A stretch of 64,000 bases of DNA from the NCBI GenBank assembly GCA_963790205.1, contig CAWBNQ010000002.1, positions 160,001 through 224,000 of the forward strand. Direction: 5' to 3'. Below, piece by piece: positions 20,447 to 28,741 of this stretch (positions are counted from its first letter, which is position 1; every line of letters starts with the position of its first letter). The notes below the pieces were generated by a model, which did no database searches, had not been told where the DNA came from, and saw nothing but the letters and a program-made list of their open reading frames with translations. Made by a program: the position numbers and the translations under genes. This DNA comes from Nitrospirota bacterium (GTDB lineage Bacteria; Nitrospirota; UBA9217).

Positions 20447-21154
20447 ATGTCGATGACCGAAAAAAAGAAGCTTGGCGATATCTTAAAGGAAACCGGGCTG
20501 ATCGACGATTTCCAGCTCGAGTCGGCGCTGTCGCACCAGCGTAAATGGGGAGGGAAACTGGGGTCCATCATTGTGGAGTTCGGCTTCGTTCAGGAGTCGG
20601 AATTGGCAAGGGTGCTCGCGGAAAAGCTGAGCCTTCCCTATGTGAACCTGTTCGATCCCGAAATACCCGAGACAGTCACGAACCTGATCAAGCCGGAGAT
20701 AGCGCGAAAGTACCACGTTATCCCCGTGAAAAAAGAGGGGAAGTCACTCGTGCTTGCGATGGCTGACCCGTTGGACCTTGAGGCGATGGACTCGATCCGG
20801 TTCGCCACCGGGAGCACCATAAAGCCGGCCCTGGCCATGGGGTCGGAAATCGAAAACGCAATTAAAAAATATTATGAGCATGAACAGGTCGCGTATAAGC
20901 TGCAATCGGCCGTTGCCGCGAATAAGGTCTCGTCGGGAAAGATGGAACTGATCCGAGGAAGCGAACTCAACATGCCGAAGGCCCCGGAGACCGACGCAGC
21001 GTCGCCTATCCTGTCCAGGGAAGACGCTGCGCAGCAGACGCAGGCGGACACCAAGGTGCGGCTCGACGCCCTGATCGCCGTGCTAATAGAAAAAGGGCTG
21101 GTCACGCGCGAAGAGCTTGTCAACATGATCTATCAGAAAAAGATGGGACTTTAG
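20447..21154 (+). CDS. Stand-alone MshEN/T2SSE_N (GspE/PilB N-terminal) domain protein
   Basis: KLGDILKETGLIDDFQLESALSHQ..GGKLGSIIVEFGFV tandem motif; LVLAMADPLD; no ATPase domain. Confidence 0.8.
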   Translation: MSMTEKKKLGDILKETGLIDDFQLESALSHQRKWGGKLGSIIVEFGFVQESELARVLAEKLSLPYVNLFDPEIPETVTNLIKPEIARKYHVIPVKKEGKSLVLAMADPLDLEAMDSIRFATGSTIKPALAMGSEIENAIKKYYEHEQVAYKLQSAVAANKVSSGKMELIRGSELNMPKAPETDAASPILSREDAAQQTQADTKVRLDALIAVLIEKGLVTREELVNMIYQKKMGL

Positions 21155-21169
21155 GGAGGGGCAACGGGC

Positions 21170-21565
21170 ATGAAAGTCATAGCGATAAAAGGCATGGTTC
21201 TCTTTTTTCTTCTCGCGGCCGGCGCCGTGTCGGCCCGGGAGCTGAAAGGTCCCAGAATAGAGGTGAAGGAGGAGCAGTACAGCATGGGAAGCGTCGCGCA
21301 GGGGAAACAGGCCACGCACGTGTTCGAGGTCAGGAACGCGGGGACCGAACCCCTGGTTATCGACAGCCTTAAACCTTCCTGAGGGTGCACCGCTGCGGTG
21401 ATTAGTTCTAATCGCCTGGAACCGGGGAGCGTGGGACAGATCAAAGTCACGGTGGATACGGACGGAAGAGTCGGACGCCTCGAAAAATATATTGCTGTCT
21501 ATTCGAATGACCGGACAACTCCGGTGCTCACGCTTACGGTGACCCTGGATATTGTACAAAAGTGA
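21170..21565 (+). CDS. Secreted DUF1573-family protein with in-frame UGA (probable selenocysteine, S-U-G-C-T)
   Basis: Signal peptide; HVFEVRNAGTEPLVI..LKPS-TGA(21380-21382)-GCTAA..LEPG..GQIKVTVDT..KYIAVYSND..P; frame stays open to TGA 21563-21565; SECIS-like hairpin 21397-21416. Confidence 0.8.
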
Positions 21566-21841
21566 TGGGAAATGACGGATCGGGACCTGCGGAACGGCTC
21601 GTACTATTTTCTTGACAATTTTCCGCGGCTTATGCTACTCTCCTATGGTTTTGGCCTGAATTCTGGAGCGAGCACATTCCCGGAGCTTGCTGCGGGGAAT
21701 GCGAGCGAATCGAGATGCCTGCAGATGCCTATTCGAACCTTCATTTGCTGCAGGGAGCTTCAATTATTCAAAGAGAGGCAGTACTCTATCGTGAAACAGC
21801 ACAGACATCCGCAATATCCCAGCGACCTGCCAACCCCGGGC

Positions 21842-21875
21842 ATAGGTCCCGCCCCGGCGGGACTATAATTTTTTT
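21842..21875 (+). terminator. Terminator-like hairpin upstream of aminotransferase-serA
   Basis: GTCCCGCC-CC-GGCGGGAC then TATAATTTTTTT. Confidence 0.55.
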
Positions 21876-21964
21876 GTACAAACTCAAAGCGTTTCGATCT
21901 GTTCAGCTGTTTACGTTATACTAATCCGACTAAATACAGTAAAGAATTTTTGGAGGGTATCCCT

Positions 21965-23101
21965 ATGCAGAAAAAATATCTTTTAGCCCCTGGCCCGACT
22001 CCCGTGCCGCCTGAGGCGCTCCTGGCCATGGCCATGCCGATCATTCATCACCGGGCGCCTGATTTTTTGCCCGTGCTCGATGCCGCGAAGAAGGGCCTCC
22101 AGTGGCTCTACCAGACCAGGAACGACGTGCTCATCCTCTGCGCCACAGGAACCGGCGGCATGGTGGGCTCGGTGACCAACTTCCTGAGCCCCGGCGACGA
22201 CGTGCTCGTGATCAACGGCGGTAAGTTCGGCGAACGCTGGACCAAGATCTGTCAGGCCTACGGTATGAAGGTCGAGGAACTCATCGTGGAGTGGGGCCAT
22301 GCGGTAAAGCCCGAGCAGGTGGATGCAGCGCTCAAGAAGAACCCGAAGATCAAGGCCGTGTTCGTTCAGGCGAACGAAACTTCGACCGGCGTGTACCACG
22401 ATGTCAAGTCCGTTGCCGCTGTGGTCAGGAAAACCGGCGCACTCTTTGTCGTTGACGCGATTTCGGCCCTTGTGGCGCATGATATCAAGACCGACGAGTG
22501 GGGCATCGATGTGATGATCGGCGGCTCACAGAAGGGCGTGATGCTTCCTCCCGGCCTCGCTTTTGTATCGGTCAGCGACAAGGCGTGGAAAATGGCGGAT
22601 ACGGCCAAGACGCCGAAGTTCTATTTCAACTTCAAGAAGGAACGCGAGAACCTGGCCAAGAACCAGACGAACTTCACCTCGGCGGTGACGCTCATCATCG
22701 GTCTGAACGCCAGCATCAAGATGCTTCAGGAAGAAGGGCTGGAGAATGTGTTCAGCCGCCACGAGAGGCTCGCGCGGGCCACCCGCGCGGCGGCCGGCGC
22801 ACTGGGCCTCAAGCTTTTCCCGAAAGAGAATCCGAGCAATGCGCTCACGGCCATCGAGGCGCCGGCCGGCGTCGACGGCCAGGCGATCTACAAAGATTTA
22901 CGCGTGAAGTACGGCATCACCGGCGCCGGCGGCCAGGACAAGCTCAAGGGCAAGATCTTCCGCATTGCGCATCTGGGTTATGCAGATACGTTCGATGTGA
23001 TCACCGCCGTGGCCGGCATCGAAATGGTTTTGAAGGGCCTGGGCCATCCGGTGAAACTCGGCACGGGCGTAGCCGCTGCGCAGGAAATTTTAATGAAATA
23101 A
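21965..23101 (+). CDS. Class V PLP aminotransferase (alanine-glyoxylate/serine-pyruvate type)
   Basis: LLAPGPTPVP, NGGKFGERW, NETSTGV, VDAIS, GSQKG.MLPPGL, FRIAHLG. Confidence 0.92.
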   Translation: MQKKYLLAPGPTPVPPEALLAMAMPIIHHRAPDFLPVLDAAKKGLQWLYQTRNDVLILCATGTGGMVGSVTNFLSPGDDVLVINGGKFGERWTKICQAYGMKVEELIVEWGHAVKPEQVDAALKKNPKIKAVFVQANETSTGVYHDVKSVAAVVRKTGALFVVDAISALVAHDIKTDEWGIDVMIGGSQKGVMLPPGLAFVSVSDKAWKMADTAKTPKFYFNFKKERENLAKNQTNFTSAVTLIIGLNASIKMLQEEGLENVFSRHERLARATRAAAGALGLKLFPKENPSNALTAIEAPAGVDGQAIYKDLRVKYGITGAGGQDKLKGKIFRIAHLGYADTFDVITAVAGIEMVLKGLGHPVKLGTGVAAAQEILMK

Positions 23102-23208
23102 ACTGCTTTTCACCACGAAGTCACGAAGACGCGAAGTGATATCTCATTTAGCTTTATGTTTTCTTCGAGCCTTTGTGCCTTTGTGACAAACGATTTTTGG
23201 AGGATTTC

Positions 23209-24786
23209 ATGAAGGTTCTCATCAGCGACAACCTCTCCCCCGTCGGGGTGGAGATTTTGAAAAAGGCCGGGCTCGAAGTAGACGCCCGGAGCAAGACCTC
23301 GGTCGAGGAGATCGAGAAGATCATCGGCGATTACGACGCGCTCATCATCCGTTCAGCAACAAAAGTCACGAAGGACCTCCTGGACAAGGCGACAAAGCTC
23401 AAGGTCGTGGGCCGCGCCGGAAGCGGCCTTGACAACGTGGACATCCCCTCGGCGACCAAAAAGGGCGTGGTGGTCATGAATACGCCAGGCGGCAACACCG
23501 TCACCACGGCTGAGCACACCATCGGCATGATCTTCGCCTGCGCCCGAATGATTCCGCAGGCCTACTCCTCGCTCAAGGCGGGCAAGTGGGAAAAGAAGAA
23601 ATTCGAAGGCGTCGAACTTTACGACAAGACCCTGGGTGTAATCGGCACAGGGGCCATCGGCGGCGTCGTGGCGAGCAGGGCGATCGGGCTCGGCATGAAG
23701 GTCCTGGCCTATGACCCCTTCATCTCTCCGGAAAAGGCGAAATCACTCGGGATCGAGCTCGCGGACCTGCCGACGATCTACAAGCGCTCTGACTTCATCA
23801 CGATCCACACGCCCAAGACCAAGGAGACCGCGAACCTCATCAATAAGAATACGATCGCCCAGATGAAGGACAGCGTGCGCATCATCAACTGCGCCCGCGG
23901 CGGCATCGTAAACGAGCAGGACCTCTATGAGGCCTTGAAGAGCGGCAAGGTCGCGGCAGCGGCCTTTGACGTGTTCGAGAAGGAGCCGCCGGAGAACCAC
24001 CCGCTGCTTACGCTCGACAACTTCATCGCCACGCCGCACCTCGGCGCATCCACGAGAGAGGCGCAGGAGAACGTGGCCGTGGCCGTGGCCGAGCAGATCG
24101 TGGACTATCTCATCGCAGGGACCGTGCGGAACGCGGTGAACGTGCCTTCGGTGCCGGCGGACCAGCTCCCGGCCTTGAGCCCCTACATCAACCTCGCCGA
24201 ACGGATCGGGTCCTTCGAGGCGCAGCTCTACGAGGGCGGCCTGACGCAGGTGACGGTAGAGTACAGCGGCGAGGTGTCGAACCTCAAGCTCGAGCCGATC
24301 ACGCTTGCGGCGCTTAAGGGACTCTTAACGCCTATCCTCAAGGAGAACGTGAACTACGTGAATGCGCCGCTCATCGCCAAGGACCGCGGCATCGAGGTCA
24401 AGGTATCGAAGACGAGCAGCGGTTCGGAGTACACCAGCCTGGTCACCGTGAGGGTCAAGGCGAGCGGCAGGGAAATGGCAATAGCGGGCACGCTGAACAG
24501 CAAGAAGGAGCCGCGCATCGTGCAGGTGGACAATTTCCCGATGGAGACGGTGCCGGAGGGCGACATGCTCGTGCTCATGAACAACGACAAGCCGGGCGTC
24601 ATCGGCGGCATCGGCATGCTCCTCGGCCAGAACGGCGTCAACATCGCGCGCATGCAGTTCGGCCGCGAGAAGCAGGGCGGCCTGGCCATGTCGGTCGTCA
24701 GTATCGACAATCAGGTGTCCGATGGGCTCATGGCGAAGATCAGACAGCTGCCGAATGTGTTGTCAGTGAAGCAGATTAGAATCTAA
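23209..24786 (+). CDS. serA: D-3-phosphoglycerate dehydrogenase
   Basis: IRSATKVT, GRAGSGLDNVD, NTPGGN, NCARGGIV, TPHLGASTREAQ, ASB and C-terminal ACT (NDKPGVIG..NIA). Confidence 0.96.
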   Translation: MKVLISDNLSPVGVEILKKAGLEVDARSKTSVEEIEKIIGDYDALIIRSATKVTKDLLDKATKLKVVGRAGSGLDNVDIPSATKKGVVVMNTPGGNTVTTAEHTIGMIFACARMIPQAYSSLKAGKWEKKKFEGVELYDKTLGVIGTGAIGGVVASRAIGLGMKVLAYDPFISPEKAKSLGIELADLPTIYKRSDFITIHTPKTKETANLINKNTIAQMKDSVRIINCARGGIVNEQDLYEALKSGKVAAAAFDVFEKEPPENHPLLTLDNFIATPHLGASTREAQENVAVAVAEQIVDYLIAGTVRNAVNVPSVPADQLPALSPYINLAERIGSFEAQLYEGGLTQVTVEYSGEVSNLKLEPITLAALKGLLTPILKENVNYVNAPLIAKDRGIEVKVSKTSSGSEYTSLVTVRVKASGREMAIAGTLNSKKEPRIVQVDNFPMETVPEGDMLVLMNNDKPGVIGGIGMLLGQNGVNIARMQFGREKQGGLAMSVVSIDNQVSDGLMAKIRQLPNVLSVKQIRI

Positions 24787-24886
24787 GAAGCAGTCAGGAG
24801 TTCGGAGTGAGGAGTTCGGAGGGTGAATACAGAATTTTCACCTGACCACTTACACTTCACTTTTCACGGTTTCACAAGGAGACACC

Positions 24887-26191
24887 ATGCCAGTATTGGT
24901 TGTAGTAGGCGCCCAGTGGGGCGATGAAGGCAAGGGAAAGATCATCGACCTGCTTACCGAGAAGGCGGACATCGTCGCGCGTTATCAGGGCGGCCATAAT
25001 GCCGGCCATACCGTGGTAGTGGGTATGAACGAGTTCATCCTGCACCTGGTCCCTTCGGGCATTCTGCACAAGGGCAAGAAGTGCATCATCGGAAACGGCG
25101 TGGTCGTGGACCCCGCGGCGCTCCTCGAAGAGATGGATGCGATGGCCAAGCGGGGCGTCAAATTCGACGGCAGCCTGCTCATCAGCAAGAACGCGCACCT
25201 GATCATGCCCTACCACAAGGCCCTCGACATGGCGAGCGAGAAGCTCAAGGGGAACAAGAAGATCGGCACAACCGGCCGCGGCATCGGGCCCGCGTACGCC
25301 GACAAGATCAACCGCAAGGGTATCAGAATGGCCGATCTCCTGGACCCCGAAGCGTTCCGCGACAAGCTCGCGTGCAACACCGGCGAAGCGAATTTCCTGC
25401 TCGAGCGCTTCTACCATGCGCCGCTGGTACAATTGGACCAGGTATATGAAGAATATATGGCCTACGCCCGGCGGCTCAAAAAATACATTGCCGATACGAC
25501 GCTCTTCCTCAACGAATCGATCGCCGGAAACAAGAAGATCCTGGCCGAGGGAGCTCAAGGCACCCACCTGGATGTGGACCACGGCACCTATCCCTTCGTG
25601 ACCTCGTCAAGCCCCACGGCGGGGGGGGCCTGCACGGGCCTCGGCATCGGTCCGAATACGATCACCGAGGTAATAGGGATCGTCAAGGCCTATACCACGC
25701 GCGTGGGCAGCGGTCCGTTCCCGACCGAGCAGGAGAACAAGCTCGGAGAGCTGCTCCGCGCCCGGGGCAAGGAATACGGCGCCACGACCGGAAGGCCCCG
25801 GCGGTGCGGCTGGCTGGATACGCTCATCGTCCGCCATGCCGTGCGCGTGAACGGGCTGACGGGCGTTGCCATCACCAAGCTCGACGTGCTCGACACGCTC
25901 GATGAGCTCAAGATCTGCGTGGGCTACAAATACAAGGGCAAGCTCTATGAAGAGATGCCGTCCGAGCTTGCGGTGCTGGAGAAGGGCATGCCCCAGTACA
26001 TCACCATGCCGGGCTGGAAGCAGACCACGATCGGCATCACGAAGTATGCTGACCTGCCCAAGAAGGCACGCGCCTATGTGGAGAAGGTCTGCAGGCTCTG
26101 CGGGGTGAAGCCCGCCATCATTTCAACCGGCGCGCGAAGGGACGAGACCATTATCCTTCAGCAGCCCTTCAAGAGGGCGGGGAAGAGATAA
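24887..26191 (+). CDS. purA: Adenylosuccinate synthetase
   Basis: GAQWGDEGKGK, RYQGGHNAGHT, GTTGRGIGPAY, EGAQG, YTTRVG.GPFPTE, TTGRPRRCGW, TKLDVL. Confidence 0.98.
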   Translation: MPVLVVVGAQWGDEGKGKIIDLLTEKADIVARYQGGHNAGHTVVVGMNEFILHLVPSGILHKGKKCIIGNGVVVDPAALLEEMDAMAKRGVKFDGSLLISKNAHLIMPYHKALDMASEKLKGNKKIGTTGRGIGPAYADKINRKGIRMADLLDPEAFRDKLACNTGEANFLLERFYHAPLVQLDQVYEEYMAYARRLKKYIADTTLFLNESIAGNKKILAEGAQGTHLDVDHGTYPFVTSSSPTAGGACTGLGIGPNTITEVIGIVKAYTTRVGSGPFPTEQENKLGELLRARGKEYGATTGRPRRCGWLDTLIVRHAVRVNGLTGVAITKLDVLDTLDELKICVGYKYKGKLYEEMPSELAVLEKGMPQYITMPGWKQTTIGITKYADLPKKARAYVEKVCRLCGVKPAIISTGARRDETIILQQPFKRAGKR

Positions 26192-26320
26192 ATTCCAAAT
26201 TACAAGCACCAATAGCCAAGCACTAAACTCCAAACGTTTGGGTATTGTGATTTGCTGACTGGATCTTATCTGAATTTTGTGAATTGAAATGAGGAGCTTT
26301 CAGAGTTCGGCAGATTCTAT

Positions 26321-26349
26321 TTGCAAAACTGCAAGAACTCTGATATTAT
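26321..26349 (+). promoter_or_regulatory. Sigma70 promoter of the tRNA operon
   Basis: TTGCAA-17 bp-TATTAT about 25 nt upstream of tRNA-Lys. Confidence 0.6.
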
Positions 26350-26374
26350 ACGCTTCTTTGAAAACCGCGAAAGC

Positions 26375-26450
26375 GGGCCGGTAGCTCAGTTGGTAGAGCA
26401 CCGCCCTTTTAAGGCGGGTGTCCTGGGTCCGAATCCCAGCCGGCTCACCA
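26375..26450 (+). tRNA. tRNA-Lys (TTT)
   Basis: 76-nt cloverleaf GGGCCGG..TAGCTCAGTTGGTAGAGC, anticodon arm CCGCC-CTTTTAA-GGCGG, encoded CCA. Confidence 0.96.
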
Positions 26451-26545
26451 TTAAATCATTGCAGATTGAAGATTGCGGGATGCGGATTTGAAGGCATTTG
26501 AAGTGCGATCCGAATCCACGATCCGAAATCTGAAATAGTAAAACC

Positions 26546-26623
26546 GTCCCCATCGTCTAGTCCGGCCCAGGACACCGCCCTTTCACGGCGATAACAAGGG
26601 TTCGAATCCCTTTGGGGACGCCA
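26546..26623 (+). tRNA. tRNA-Glu (TTC)
   Basis: GTCCCCA..CTAG..GG..AGG, anticodon loop CTTTCAC, GGGTTCGAATCCC, TGGGGACG-CCA. Confidence 0.96.
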
Positions 26624-26630
26624 ATCAAAT

Positions 26631-27707
26631 TCAGGGGTTACCGGTTTCCGGTAGCTCCTTTTCTTTTGACTGTGATAAAAATGTGATAATTTCCCCGTAG
26701 CTCTTCTCTAGCTGGCTGATTGCGCTGGCAAGGTGCTTCGGTCCGATGTGGGCATAACGCCGGGTCATGCGCGTGTCCTTGTGTCCCATGAGGTCGGCCA
26801 GAGTATCCAGATCCACTCCCGCCTGTCTGTTCCATGATGCGAAACAGTGCCGAAGATCGTGGAACCGGAAATTTTCAATCTTAGCCGCTTTCAGCGCCTT
26901 TTTGAAAGCCCTCTGCACCTGCATCGCCGTGTAGGGCTTTCCGTCCGCATGGCAAAAAACACGCGGATTATTGAGGCGTGTGACCTTCATCGCTTCTTTC
27001 AGGGCTTCATAAGCAAGAGTGGCGATCGGAATGATCAGGGGCTCCTCATTCTTCATTTCTGAGCTATCAAGTGAGATCGTCCGCGCGAAGATATTTACCT
27101 GATCCCGCCGCAGGCTGAGGATGTTTCCCTTCCGTAATCCTGTCCATGCCGCCACTGTCACGATACCCTTGAGCCACCCGTCGCATTCTTTCAGGAGCCT
27201 GTGGTATTCCTCATAGGAGAGATACCTGAGCCGCTTTGTATCGGCCTGCCGCTCCATCTCGATTGGTGGCACTTCCCTGAGCCACATCCAGCGTTTCTTT
27301 GCAAGGTTGAGCATACGCTTCAGGATGTTCAGCTTTCTAACGATCGTCGCCGGCTTGTCCTTCTCACCTTTGCGCTTTTGCCTGAATTCATCGATCACTG
27401 CGGGCGTAATTTGTGCCAGTGTTCGGGAGCCGAAGAACTCTTTCAGCTGCCGAAGGTAGCTTTCCACCGACCGCCAGCTTTTAAGCTCTTTGAACTCGGT
27501 CGCTTCATACTTAGCGACGAGCTCCTCGAAAGTCCTCTGACTGCCCTCGTCGATTTCGAGCCACTTGCCCTCTGCGATCTGCGTCATGACCTTGCGGTAA
27601 ATCTTTGCGGCCAGCTTCTTGTCGTTTGTTTCCGTGGGTCTTCTCAGCTGCTTACCGTTGTATGTAAAACACATCCACCAGGCTTGGCCTCTTCTGTACA
27701 GTCCCAT
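26631..27707 (-). CDS. Tyrosine recombinase/integrase
   Basis: TGLRKGNI (R), FRFHDLRH (HxxR), LMGHKD..MT.RYAH (H, Y); N-terminal arm-binding region. Confidence 0.95.
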   Translation of the reverse strand: MGLYRRGQAWWMCFTYNGKQLRRPTETNDKKLAAKIYRKVMTQIAEGKWLEIDEGSQRTFEELVAKYEATEFKELKSWRSVESYLRQLKEFFGSRTLAQITPAVIDEFRQKRKGEKDKPATIVRKLNILKRMLNLAKKRWMWLREVPPIEMERQADTKRLRYLSYEEYHRLLKECDGWLKGIVTVAAWTGLRKGNILSLRRDQVNIFARTISLDSSEMKNEEPLIIPIATLAYEALKEAMKVTRLNNPRVFCHADGKPYTAMQVQRAFKKALKAAKIENFRFHDLRHCFASWNRQAGVDLDTLADLMGHKDTRMTRRYAHIGPKHLASAISQLEKSYGEIITFLSQSKEKELPETGNP

Positions 27708-28036
27708 TAAACCTCCTTCCTGAGACCGTGATGTTGGCCTGGTTTCCCGTTGGATGGATTATACTCTTTACCCTTTGTGCCTTCAATAGCTCTTTTGACG
27801 ATGGAGTCTATGTCTTGAGGATGTTTTTTCACGATGTAAAGTTCCTGTTTCTTCGGTTCTTTGCGTGAAGCCTTGACCCAGTTTTCGATTTCTACCATGT
27901 CGAAACGTATCAGCCCATTTAGCTTATGAAAAGGGATTAAGCCGGTATGCACCCATGAGTAAAGTGTTGATTCTTTGACTGTAAGGAATCTAGAAAGCTC
28001 TTTTACCGTTACAAACGTCATGGTTTCTTTTTCCAT
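27707..28036 (-). CDS. Excisionase-like HTH_17 DNA-binding protein
   Basis: FVTVKELSRFLTVKESTLYSWV..GLIPFHKLNGLIRFD; stop overlaps integrase start. Confidence 0.85.
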   Translation of the reverse strand: MEKETMTFVTVKELSRFLTVKESTLYSWVHTGLIPFHKLNGLIRFDMVEIENWVKASRKEPKKQELYIVKKHPQDIDSIVKRAIEGTKGKEYNPSNGKPGQHHGLRKEV

Positions 28037-28136
28037 TATTCGTTCTGTCTTTTTGTTGGTATTTCGTGATAAAACGTAAAATAGATAACAATGCCGATCA
28101 GAGCAACCCAGCCGAGCGGCTTTATTTCCCATCCTG

Positions 28137-28217
28137 CTAAAAGGGGATCTCGCCGACCCCAACTCCACTCGCGAACTTCACCGTAGATTTTCCAATGTCA
28201 AATTCGATTGCAGTCAT
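28137..28217 (-). pseudogene. 26-codon diverged copy of the parM 5' end
   Basis: MTAIEFDIGKSTVKFASGVGVGEIPF* versus ParM MTAIGIDMGKSAVKYASGAGVGEIPS at 34249. Confidence 0.85.
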
Positions 28218-28278
28218 AGTCCCGCCTGTTTGATATGGTGTGGCGCACACCACACCATATGTTTCATGCTATTATGCT
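28142..28278 (-). repeat. Inverted diverged copy (~140 bp) of 34183-34324 (parM upstream region + 5' coding)
   Basis: Reverse complement AGCATAATAGCATGAAACATATGGTGTGG...AAACAGGCGGGACTATGACTGCAAT...GAGATCCCCT aligns with 34183-34324. Confidence 0.9.
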
Positions 28279-28292
28279 GCGTGAAATATTTA

Positions 28293-28329
28293 TATACAGT
28301 ATACTGTATACTATATATCAAAGTCAAGC
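28293..28329 (-). promoter_or_regulatory. Promoter/operator for xis-int, copy of 29694-29730
   Basis: GCTTGACTTT-N9-TATACAGTATACTGTATA on minus strand; 18-bp perfect palindrome identical to 29713-29730. Confidence 0.75.
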
Positions 28330-28372
28330 TAAATATTGATTTACTGCTTTACACGGCTATTCAATGCGGTAA

Positions 28373-28590
28373 GGATCCGATTTCAAGCTTCAAGTAGTTA
28401 AGAAGCACCTTGAGGAGAGCATTTCTGTTTCGGTGACCCGGCAGGAACGCGGGCTGAGCGGTGAGAGCTAGCTTATCGTCGTGATGGTGAAGCAGGGCTT
28501 ACCACAAACTACCGGGGAAAGGGCAGAAGTCTTCCCGCCCTGGTCAAACAGAAGATCGTCGAAGTAAAAGAAGCCAACCCGCTGTTCAGC
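28373..28590 (+). pseudogene. Degenerate transposase N-terminal (HTH) fragment
   Basis: GSDFKLQVVKKHLEESISVSVTRQERGLS* then shifted frame YRRDGEAGL..SLPALVKQKIVEVKEANPLF, resembling IS3/IS481-type N-termini. Confidence 0.55.
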
Positions 28591-28741
28591 CGCAGGCGGC
28601 CTGGCTGAGCATGAAGGCATTTATTCCAGATGCCGTCAACGGGAGAGCGTTACCCCATTTACTGATTCTGGTATTATAAACTGCTGGCGTGCACACCCTC
28701 GATTAAGACTGTAACTATATATCCTTTAACGCCATCTTACT

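Noticed and set aside
21655..21760. Glycine riboswitch before the aminotransferase
   Set aside because: Only CTGGAG resembles the consensus; CCGAAG and CTCTCAGG elements are absent.
26590..26623. Second att copy (attR) within the window
   Set aside because: No repeat of the tRNA-Glu 3' end seen downstream; the element continues past 64000.
28293..28310. Palindrome as an E. coli-type SOS box
   Set aside because: Half-sites are in the opposite arrangement (ACAG-N4-CTGT rather than CTGT-N8-ACAG).
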